This document shows, piece by piece, positions 41,428 to 52,345 of a DNA stretch of 64,000 nt. A program made the position numbers and the translations under genes. The DNA comes from the human T2T-CHM13v2.0 reference genome, Homo sapiens. Position 1 is the stretch's first letter, and each line of letters starts with the position of its first letter. The DNA is taken from the NCBI RefSeq assembly GCF_009914755.1, contig NC_060930.1; one strand, given 5' to 3'. The notes under the pieces were generated by a model. That model did no database searches and had not been told where the DNA came from. It saw only the letters and a program-made list of their open reading frames with translations.

Positions 41428-42731
41428 GTATTTTTCCATAACAATTTTTAAGTGTCTGAATTTGTATTACAGAGGTGCTTATAATTTATTTACCAATCCC
41501 TCTATTGCTTGGGTTTTAGAATCATATATACCTGAATTTGAAACTGGCTCTCCGGCCTTTGAGCAATATGATTGGAATATGCTAATGAATCTTCCTAAAT
41601 TTTAGTTTCCTTACCTATAAATTGGGAATGATAATATTATCTACCCTTTAAAAGTATTCCTTGGAATTAAAATAGATAAAATAGATAAAATGCGCAAAGT
41701 ACTTAGTAAAGTGTGTGGCACCTAAGTCCCTAATAAGTGCTAGCATAACCAGTCAATCAATCAATCAATCATTTAATTAATTTCACCACAGAAAGTACTT
41801 GATTTCTGTAATTGTTTCAGCTAATTTAGATCTGATGCTTCCAGGTCTTATCCTGTCTCTTCAAGGGTGGTTGGACCCCTGCAGAAGTCCTGTGAAGTGT
41901 TTTAGGCCAGTGAGGTGGCCTTTAGGAACACAAAGGGCCAGTTTGTCAACCAGGAGCCTTGTGATCTGTGGAGACAGGAAACAGACATTTAGATGGGAAC
42001 TTACGGGATAACATAAGAATATCTGTAGTTTTCTACAATTGTAGGCTAGGCGTGATCCGTGTTAGAGGGGAGAAGAAGGAGCTGGTCTGAGGCTGGTCTG
42101 AGGCTGAGGAGTGTGGCCTGCCTCTCCCTGCTTGCTTCCTGGGATGTCTCCTCAGTGTCAGTACTGGTGAGGCTGGGGCAGGGGAGGAGCAGCAGCAGTT
42201 TTAAAATCAGACTTCTCTTTGCTTTTTGATTTGTTAAGCAAATTCCAGGTGTCTCACTTGCTAATCACATTGTCATCTCTGATGCTTAATTATTTTCTTT
42301 AGGGAAATGAAGTTGTTTGGGGCTTTCAGGAAATTAAATTGAACTTCAAAAACCACTTCCACATAACAATTAACATTTTGAAATGGATAATTCCTCAGGG
42401 TTTGTTGCTAGGTGAGTTTACCCAGTTTTTCCTTTAAGAGATATTCTTTATAATAGTGGATTTATTTGTTCTTTTAATTATAGATCATATTTTTAAAAAT
42501 TGGACACATTAAACATCCATTAAGTCCCTAGTAAAATGATATAAAAATGTGTGGCCATTGCCTTTGAGACAGACTAATGTTGTCATCTATGGAGTAGGAA
42601 ATTGGTGGTGATTAGCTCTTGGGCTCTATATTTGGGAGAAGCCTTCATCATTGGAAGGAGTTACATCTTGGCCTGCTCAGAAAAAAGGAAGTAGTTTCAA
42701 TGTTAGTGCAGCAAAAATGCCTAAAGGTGAC

Positions 42732-43087
42732 TGTGCTAGTCTGTTCTCATGCTGCTAATAAAGACATACCTAAGACTGGGTAATTTATAAAGGAAAGCGG
42801 TTTAATTGACTCACAGTTCCACATGGCTAGGGAGGCCTCACAATCATGGCGGAAGTTGAAGGAGGAGCAAAGCTACTGGCAGCAGGCACGAGAATGTGTG
42901 CAGGGGAACTGCCCTTTATGAAATCATCAGATCTCATGAGACTTATTCACTATCATGAGAATTGCATGGGAAAAACATGCCACCATGATTCAATCACCTC
43001 CCACCAGGTCCCTCCCACAACATGTGGGGATTAGGGGAGCTACAATTCAAGATGAGATTTGGTTGGGGACACAGCCAAACCATATCA
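42732..43087. mobile_element. THE1 (THE1B/C-like) solo LTR
   Basis: TGCTGCTAATAAAGACATACC...GACTGGGTAATTTATAAAG ... GGGGACACAGCCAAACCATATCA; TSD GTGAC at 42727-42731 and 43088-43092. Confidence 0.92.
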
Positions 43088-45829
43088 GTGACTTACATGT
43101 ATGTAAGAAGGTGAAGTTCCATGTGGCTTGTGGGCATCATTCCCATCTTCTAATGGAGCCTATACAACCTCAGCACAAATGTTTTCAGTCCCATTTGAAT
43201 AAGATAGAGATTCTAGAAATTCTAGGTGTTGCTGCTCTGTGCCCTCCTAAACATGCCTCCTCTAGTCAATCAGATTTGTCTTTAACACATTTAGGCTGCC
43301 TTTAAGTTCTGCATTTTCTACTTTGCCTGCACACAGATATAATCACAGTGGAATCCTAAATCTTAATCACTCCACCTCCCCCTAAAAGGATGTGGGCGTA
43401 GAATTACTTAAATATTGCCGTATGTTAGCCTTTGAGAGGCTTTTGCAAGTTATGAGAACCCAACCAGTTGCTAATAACCTACTATTGCTTCTGGCAATAG
43501 TAGGATCTGATCTAGAAAAGGCACGGAAAATGTGGTCAGAAAGATTGGGATTCTAGGAGAAATTCCACCACTTACAAAGTGTGTAACCTTAGTCAAGTTA
43601 CTCAACATTTGAATGTCACTTTTCTTATTTGAGAAATAAAGTCCTTGCATGTAGAAAACATCCAAAAACTTCCCTTTCTTTTTTGTTATCCTGAAAATCT
43701 GGGTGTGGAAGAACTGTTGAACAATAGGTTAGCTCTATGTTCTACAACAGACTGTCTCTCAAATGCAGAGTTCTGTGTGTTTATTGACTACTAGCGTCAG
43801 CTTCTGTGCAGCTGAGATACAAATTCAGCCCTAGGCTTTTATCCACAGATCTGAGAGGAGGAAGGCAGGCAGGCACCTGTAATTATAGCAGCAGTGATGA
43901 ATTGCAGCTGAATTGCATGGTGTGTTAAGGCTTTTCTGTGCTGGTTGGCTTGGGTATTAGTATAGTGATTCTGGGAGTAACAGACAGTATTTTAGCAAGT
44001 GTTTGTCTTTCTATTATCCATTTAAACATAATCCTAGAATCTCCACAGACATACAGGAGTTCTTTTGTTGCTTTCTGGCAGTGGATAAAAGTGTCCATTT
44101 TTATTAAGTGCTCAGTGCAGAGTTTAACAGCCCTTTTATGGACTGGTACTAGATTACGTATCGAGGGGTGGGGTGAAGATAGTTTTTCTATCGACATTTG
44201 TAAAACCTTAGATTTGGGTTTCCATGAACCAGAATACTGCTCTACAGACGTCAAAGACTCTAAATGTTGCAAACGATTGTCTTTTGTTTCTTCATTTTCC
44301 TTTTTCCAGGTTGCTTGGTCACAAAAGACATCTGTCCACCTGATCTTTCCAAGGGAGTATGGTGGGGGTGGTTGGGGCTTTCTGTGAGGGTGATAGTTAG
44401 GCAGGGAAGGAAGGTGGGAGAGGAGACCACTTTGCTTTTTCTGCAAACCCCTGTTATCGATTACCCTGTTTGTTCCTTTCCCCTTAAACTCTCCTAAAAG
44501 AAGGGTCAATTCTCTCAACATCAGTTGAATGAAAAATAGCAATTTGAACAGCATCTGCAAAGTGACATGTATAAAATCCAAAATAAAATGAGTCCTCAAA
44601 CTCATGTAATTTTCAATTTTCTCTCATTTATTTGAAAGCCCCAGTAGCAGGGTCACTATGACATGGCGAGAGGATGGAAAATCTTTATCAGAATTTATTG
44701 AGTAGGCTGTTAATAATATTTTTAATATAATGTCTACATGACTTCCCTGGCCTTTAAGAGTAGAGGTGTATCTTAACTCTGCCAAAATAGGAAAGAAGAA
44801 AGACTCTTACACATCCTTCACTAATCTTCCTCTTACTTACTCTTATCTGACTCTTTTTCTGGGGTAGACAGCTATGATGACTTTTTGTTTTTCTTTTTTC
44901 TCAACTGAGGCACGAGCAGGTTTTATTTAGTTTTCTTACTTTTCCTGTCACATGATCTATTCTCCCCATGGATGTAGGACCTATTCCTCACACCTTTCAC
45001 CTTTCCAGGACCCATTTACAGTTCTTTCTACCTACAACCACCCTTATCTCAGTGTAGCTCTTTCTTTGTGTAGCCAGTAGCTTCATTCAATAATTAAGAG
45101 CTCATTCAGGCCTGTGCAAAGAGGCTAGGGAGGGGTGGAGGTATTTGGGCCTCTTGGGAACATACAAAGGTGGCTGAGGTCCTGAGAGAGAGATTCTCTA
45201 CAGCTACAGTGGACATATTTTATAGACCAAATATTAACACACAGTTCTGACATGTGAGGGTGGATTTAGAGGGACGGAGCAATAGTGTGGCTGAAACTGA
45301 GACTGTCTCTCTACACAAGTAGATAATAATTGTATAGTGCTTTGCATTTTATATGCATTTACACACGCAGTATTCATTAGTCCCTATCATAAGCCTAGAA
45401 ACTGGGTGCCATTAATTCCCCTTCACAGAGGAAGAAACAGGCTGAGAGAGGTTAAGTAATTTGTTCCAAATGTCCTAAATATTGAGGAATTTGAAGTTGC
45501 TTTAGGCTTCTGACCCTGCCTTATGTTCCTTTCACTTCAACAACTTGAATGTAGTTGAATTTCACTACTGTTTGATTGGGATGTGAGATTCTCCAATCAC
45601 ACTGTCAGAACCAAAGCAGGTGTTGCATGCTGTAACAAAAATGTTTTCCTTGGCAGGATGAGACATTGCTCTTCTCAGATGACCCTCAAGCAGCCTTTCC
45701 TAATTCCGGTTCACTTCATCCCCAAATAAAACACATAAAAGAATATGCTGTATTCTAACCTCTAGAGTGCAGCCCAATGTGAAGATAATAATAACAGTGA
45801 AATTAATAATGATGATGGTTACTCTTTGT

Positions 45830-46030
45830 TGGATATCTGACAGATGGCAGGTACAATGCAAGTGTTTTTCAAACATTATATTATCCAATCCTCAGAGCAA
45901 GTTGATCGCCCTCATTTTAGAGGTCAGAAAACTGAGGATACAGAAAGATAAGTTATTTACCTGGGGCTTCCCACCCAGTAAATTTCAGAGTAAGAATTCA
46001 AATGTAGGTCAGTCTGGCTCCTGAGCCCAT
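45830..46030 (-). mobile_element. MIR fragment
   Basis: CCTCATTTTAGAGGTCAGAAAACTGAGG...CAGTCTGGCTCCTGAGCCC is the MIR core reversed. Confidence 0.7.
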
Positions 46031-46148
46031 GCTATCTAGTTTTCCATGTACACTTTTGCTTGCTTTTGAACAGGAGTAAGCTCAAGAAAGAATATAAATA
46101 CCTACATTATATTTAACGATTTGTTCATAAATATTAACTCATAAACAT

Positions 46149-46229
46149 ATGAGGTTGAACCATATGAAATTGCTAATATTTGGACATTGTGGACCAAGAA
46201 AAATGGTCATTTCATGTGGCTTAACACAA
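46149..46229. mobile_element. MADE2 (mariner-derived MITE)
   Basis: ~80 bp with TIRs AGGTTGAACCATATGAAAT / ATTTCATGTGGCTTAACAC. Confidence 0.75.
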
Positions 46230-46411
46230 AAGTTCTTAAAATGTGGCCTCTGGACCAGCATCATCAGTACCACCAGGGAAGTTGTTAGATATACAGATTC
46301 TCAGATTCCATCCCAGATTTCATAAAAAAGAAACTAGGGGTGGGCTCAGCAATCTGTGCCCGAACAGGACCTTTAGGTGAATCTCATACCCACCAAAGCT
46401 TGAGAACCCCT
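46229..46411. mobile_element. MER5A (hAT-Charlie) element
   Basis: GTTCTTAAAATGTGG...GGACCAGCATCATCAG...GGGGTGGGCTCAGCAATCTGTG...AAAGCTTGAGAACC. Confidence 0.8.
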
Positions 46412-49100
46412 AATTATCCTAATGTATTTGTTAAACAGCAACTCTGTGTCAGGTGCTGTGTGAGCCACTGGGTTTTCAGGAAGAGCAGAAATGGACATGC
46501 TTCTTACCCTCAGAGAGCTTACTCTTTACTGGCAAAGTTCCACGATGTGCAAATATGAAGGTTTTTTTAGAGGTATTTATATTGTATTAGAGTTTCTAGG
46601 TCTCTACCAAAAGAATGAAATGTTTAGAGGCACAATTAGAGGGGAAAAAGGGTTAACATTTCATCACAGAGATGGATACCAACCAAGGGAGACAAACTGA
46701 TCCAGGGACTGGCGTGCAGGAAAAGACATGGGGCCAGTGCTCTGGACTCAGTGCTCAGGACACAGCACTGTCAAACCCTATATCTTGGACTCCTTTTCTT
46801 CCCCTTCTGTCATCTTATCTCCAAGGATGGCTCTGTTCACTTTGAGGCCATGTTTGGATGGGAAGAGTACACTAAGTCCACTTCTCAGCATGGGACAACT
46901 CGGGATGTCTAAGGTAGGGCTTGGTCTGCCTCCACTAGCTGGCCAAGTAGATACTGATCTGCTGCTACCTTCTGCTCTGAGGAGCTCCATTTTGTGGGCA
47001 GGTGGCAAGGTCTCAGGAAAGGCTTTATTCCAGAACTTTGCCTTTCTCTCTCCTGTAAGCTACGCAGCATGACATGGAGGATGGCACTGCCTTTAGCATC
47101 GTAGAAGTTGGCTTAGGGTTTACTCGCACGGAAGAAAGAGGAGGAAGCAGGGGTCATTGGGAGGTCAGTGGGAATGAAGGCAATGTGGGACCTTCCAGTT
47201 GTCTGCGTCTCCCCAAGCCTGAGAAATGGTGCTCCTTAATATATGTTCATTAATCCTTTGTCATTCCAAAGGGAGAAAGGGAGACATTCCTAATAATCTT
47301 CCATTTACTAAGACAGTTTTCAGTCCTGAAGGGTTAAAGAACATTACTTTATTGAGTAATGTCTTAAAGTCAGATCATCTTGGGTTCATATTTTCTTAAT
47401 TTTTTAAAAGGAAAGCTGTTTTTTTTCTCCAAAATAACACCTAAGTACAAATAAGGCAGGTTGAATAAATCCCTGCTTTTTTGGAAGCATCACAAGGTTA
47501 TTTGTTCCACCAAGTTTCCAAAGAAAAGGGAATAAACATCTGTTGTATGATCTCTTAGAGAAACAACAATAGGATTTTTAAGCAATCTCAAGTACGTGAG
47601 CATCAAATCTCACTTGAATTTCATCCCTTCCATTGGTAACATGTTAGAAAATAATTTGATGGAAAATTTCATGGTGAGATTGGAATTTGAAGGTATTTAG
47701 GGAGAAGAAGAATGCTTTGTGACAATTTACCTTTTAAGTTACCAATGACACTTTTGTATGACATTAAAAGTGTTGCTCCTATTATTAATACTTCATTTGA
47801 ATTAAATTCCCAACTCTTATTCTGGCCTTGTTATAGGAGAAATAATTCACATACACAAATAGCAGCAGTTGTGTACTTAAAGGCAAGCCAAATGCATATC
47901 ATGCATCAGAAATGGAAGTACCACCTCTGAGAATTCAGGAGTGTTCACATAATCGGCACAGGTTTTTACCCAATTGATTAAATTACATTCCTCTGCTTTA
48001 ACTGAGGGGGAGTAATTCTAAAGGTTATGAAATCAATGCAAGCTGCTCTTGGATTGTATTATTTACTTGAATTTAGGATCCAGATTCTTCTCATCACCTG
48101 AAAGACAAATCATATTTTTCTCCTGGAGTCCTTCAGAAATTCCCAGAGTAGGCTCAAGTATTACATGAATAATTCATTTTACTCACTACACATTACAGCA
48201 CTTAACAAAGGCTGCGGCCAGAGTCTCCTCCTTGGGGAAGCTAATTTGGAGCATCATTATGGTTCTGATTCCCAATGTTTAACAGCTTTGTGACCTACCT
48301 GATGAAGTCCTTTTTGTTCAGATCTGTTAAAGAAAAACTTCAAGTTTAAAATTTCATTGAGAATATTATTAGAAGGAAATACTCCCAGGCTTTCACATTT
48401 ACTCCACCCCTGCCTTTGAGTAAAAAGATTAAAAAAAAAAAGAAGAAGAAACAAAGAGACACTTTTGAATATAAATTCAATCTACTGCCCCCAAATATTT
48501 TCTTAACATTGAAAAATCAAATGACATGATTTAAGTATCATACATATATTTCCCCTTGATTTATTCAACATTGGAACTCAACCAGAAAAAATAATTATGT
48601 GAATACATATGTGGACATCACTTAGAACTCTGTGTGGAGTTCTGTATATTTTCCTTGGTTTACAGTGCATTTTTTCTTATGGCTCTTATGGGAATTCATC
48701 TGAACTTTCATGTTGTCATAACACTTCAGTGTTCTCTCAGTTATAATTCATTACCACATGGGATGCAGATGGGCTGTGCACTTTAGCACATGCTGAAATA
48801 TAAAAGTCTGAAGGCACTGCTGACTATTCAGCTGACTCTAACAATGACCAATATAGAGACACCGGTCTTTGTATGTTACTCTCTTTCTCTATCCATCCAC
48901 CCCCATTCAGACAAACCCTTGGATAAATTGAACACTCTTAGATACCAAAGGTTAGAAATAGTGAGTTCTTCAGTGACTCTAATGAGCTCACAGCTGAGTA
49001 TATTTTCCAGACTAACTTAGTTTTGAATATCAAGAGAGACCCCCATTTTATTCATGTGAGTAGGGAAGAGAAACTTGTTCTTAGGTATACTTTAAAAAGC

Positions 49101-49710
49101 TCTATTTTTAAAATTTGGATAGACTTCCCTCGTGTTTTCCATAGCAACAGCACCATTTTACAGTCCTGACAACAGTATACGAGTGTTCCAATTTTCCACA
49201 TTCTCGACAGCACTTGTTTTTTTATGTATTTATTTTTGAAAGTAGACTAACAGATATGAAGTGATATCATTCATTGTAGTCTGATTTGCAATTTCCTGAT
49301 GAGTTGTTTTGTTGAGCATCTTTTCATTTACCAGTTGGCCATTTGTATATCTTCTTTGGTGAAATGTCTATTCATGTCTTTGCCAACTTTAAAATCAGGT
49401 TATTTGTTTTTGTTATTTTTGCTATTGAGTTGTAGGAACTTCTTATACAGTTTTGATATTAATCCCTTATAGAACTACCTTATAATCAGTCAATCCAACT
49501 TCCAAGCATTTATTCAAAACTTTTGATACTAATCCCATATTGAACTACCTTATGATCAGTCAACCCAACTTCTGGGCATTTATTCAGAAGCATTGAAATC
49601 AGAATCATGAAGAGATAGCTGCACTCTCATGTTCATTGCAGCATTATTCACAATAGCCAAGATATGGAAACAACCTAAATGTTCATGGATAGATGAAAAA
49701 AGAAATTATA
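49101..49710. mobile_element. Old L1M ORF2-end fragment with internal inversion (- 49101-49470, + 49469-49710)
   Basis: Reverse L1 (GTTGAGCATCTTTTCAT...GGCCATTTGTATATCTTCTTT) joined to forward L1 (AGAACTACC...CATGTTCATTGCAGCATTATTCACAATAGCCAAGATATGGAAACAACCTAAATG). Confidence 0.8.
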
Positions 49711-49910
49711 TGGAATGTAAGGTAGCTGTGGGAGTGGTAAATGTCTACAGCCAGAGTAAAGATTATAATGATTACTCATGAGGATTTGATTTCTCCTATG
49801 GAAAATATATGTATTTGGGGGTTGTTACTATTTTCTGTAAAGAAACAGGAGATTCAACTTGCAATAAAATTCATAACAAGTGCTATGAATCTTGCTCTAT
49901 CCAAATTTTT

Positions 49911-51028
49911 TTTCTTCAGAATTTTTTTTATTTTTTTTTATTATACTTTAAGTTTTAGGGTACATGTACACAACATGCAGGTTTGTTACATATGTATACA
50001 TGTGCCATGTTGGTGTGCTGCACCCAGTAACTCTTCATTTAACATTAGGTATATCTCCTAATGCTATCCCTCCCCCATCCCCCCACCCCACAACAGGCCC
50101 TGATGTGTGATGTTCCCATTCCTCTGTCCATGTGTTCTCATTGTTCAATTCCCACCTATGAGTGAGAACATGTGGTGTTTGGTTTTTTGTCCTTGCGATA
50201 GTTTGCTAAGAATGATGGTTTCCAGCTTCATCCATGTCCCTACAAAGGACATGAACCCATCATTTTTTATGGCTGCATAGTATTCCATGGTGTATGTGTG
50301 CCACATTTTCTTTTTTTTTCATTTTTTAAAAATTATTATTATTCTTTAAGTTTTAGGTTACATGTGCACAATGTGCAGGTTTGTTACATATGTATACATG
50401 TGCCATGTTGGTGTGCTGCACCCATTAACTCGTCATTTAGCATTAGTTATATCTCCTAATGCTATCCCTCCCCTCTCCCCCCACCCACAACAGTCCCCGG
50501 AGTGTGATGTTCCCCTTCCTGTGTCCATGTGTTCTCATTGTTCAATTCCCACCTATGAGTGAGAACATGTGGTGTTTGGTTTTTTGTCCTTGCGATAGTT
50601 TGCTGAGAATGATGGTTTCCAGCTTCATCCATGTCCCTACAAAGGACACGAACTCTTCATTTTTTATGGCTGCATAGTATTCCATGGTGTATATGTGCTA
50701 CATTTTCTTAATCCAGTCTATCATTGTTGGACATTTGGGTTGGTTCCAAGTCTTTGCTATTGTGAATAGTGCCACAATAAACATACATGTGCAGTGCCAC
50801 ATTTTCTTCATCCAGTCTATCATTGTTGGACATGTGGGTTGGTTCCAAGTCTTTGCTATTGTGAATAGTGCCGCAGTAAACATACATGTGCATGTGTCTT
50901 TATAGCAGCATGTTTTATAATCCTCTTGGTATATACCCAGTAATGGGATGGCTGGGTCAAATGGTATTTCTGGTTCTAGATCCCTGAGGAATCACCACAC
51001 TGACTTCCACAATGGTTGAACTAGTTTA
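49911..51028 (-). mobile_element. 5'-truncated L1PA (outer element), split by a second L1PA
   Basis: L1PA 3'UTR at 49911-50312 resumes at 50794-51028; TSD (TA)TCCAAATTTTT at 49898-49910 and 51027-51039. Confidence 0.9.
50313..50793 (-). mobile_element. 5'-truncated L1PA (inner, nested element)
   Basis: Has its own T-rich tail and 3'UTR; flanked by the 15-bp TSD GTGCCACATTTTCTT (50298-50312, 50794-50808). Confidence 0.88.
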
Positions 51029-51909
51029 TCCAAATTTTTATAGATAAGCATAAAAACTAGTAGAGACATTAGATTTAATAAATACTGTAGAACAATTAGT
51101 CATACTACTGTTGACTAGCACTCTGTTGTACCAGTTTAATTATATTTTAACAAGTATATTTTATTATATAATTTCTATAATTATATTGCATAAAACATGG
51201 AAAATTGAGAGAGTAAGACATCACTCACAAGAGCAACTTCACACAACTGCTGATAGTATTTCAGCGTATTCCATTTCGTGTTTTTCCAAAATGCATCTTT
51301 TTTCCCAAATTTTTACTGTAACTGTATACAATGTTATCCTACATTTTTCACTTTGTATTAAAGTTTTAAAGACAGCAAGGCATATTTATTTTTGAACAAT
51401 TGAATTTTCTTGCAATCAACTCATGTATCACAGGCCAATTCAAATTTATGATAGACTGATTTTTACTGGCTTTGTTTGCTCTTTTCCTAGACCTTTAAAA
51501 TCTAAATTTCTCTGAGAATTGTCAACTCTGCTCTCTGCATGCCCAGCATTCCCCTGGCTTCTACTAACACTCCTTTTGCGTTATTCCTGAGGAGAGTTCT
51601 GTCCTGTCTTCTGAGCATCAGTTTTCCTCTCCAGGATTTGAAGGGCATACTGATTGGCAAGTCTCACTAGCACTGAGGCCATCTATTATTCACAAGTTAG
51701 TTTTTCCTCGTGAATTTCCTTTTTGTTGTTGTTGATGGACTTTTCATTCTTTCAGACTTGAAAGCTTGGAGGCATCTTTGATTTCTCTTTTTCTTCTTTA
51801 CCCACATCTATTGAGAGGTGGCCATATTGTGATCATTACATCTTTTCGCTAAGCATTCAAATTCCTAATTCCAGTCTTTATTAATAATCTTCCACTTTGT
51901 GTATTGAGA

Positions 51910-52095
51910 CACAGTACAACACTGTGCTTAAGGTGATGGGCTCTGGAGCCAGACCTCTGGGAGTAAAACCTCAGCTTTGTTATGTATGCATTAGCTGTGT
52001 GACCTGTGGCAGGATTCTTAATGTCTCTCCTTGTCTCTGTTGTGTAAGATGAGTAATACTATAGTACTTAACCAACATGGTTATGGGGAAGATTA
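51910..52095 (+). mobile_element. MIR fragment
   Basis: GGGCTCTGGAGCCAGAC...TTAGCTGTGTGACCT...TAAGATGAGTAATACTATAGTAC. Confidence 0.7.
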
Positions 52096-52100
52096 CAGAG

Positions 52101-52345
52101 TGTCTTCTAGCTATTTTGAAACATACTATAAATTCTTAATTATAGTCACCCTGCCACGCTATTGAACACTAGAACTTATTTCTTCTATCTAACTGTATTT
52201 TTGTATCAATTAACCAACCTCTCTTTATCCCCCCTCCTCCCTACACTTCCCAGCCTTTGGTAGCCACCATTCTATTTGTTACTCCCAAAATATCACATGT
52301 ACGCCATAAACATATACAACTATTATGTATCAATACAAAAATATT
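52101..52345. mobile_element. L1MA 3' fragment with inversion
   Basis: Reverse L1MA 3'UTR (TATAGTCACCCTG...AACACTAGAACTTATT...CCAGCCTTTGGTAGCCACCATTCTA), then forward terminal segment (ATATCACATGTAC...TATTATGTATCAAT) and an A-rich tail. Confidence 0.65.

Noticed and set aside
49110-49909. 14-bp inverted repeat AAAATTTGGATAGA / TCTATCCAAATTTT
   Set aside because: Short and AT-rich; plausible by chance over a window of this size
50695-50892. 99-bp tandem repeat as an independent duplication or array
   Set aside because: Better explained as the overlap between the nested inner L1 and the resumed outer L1
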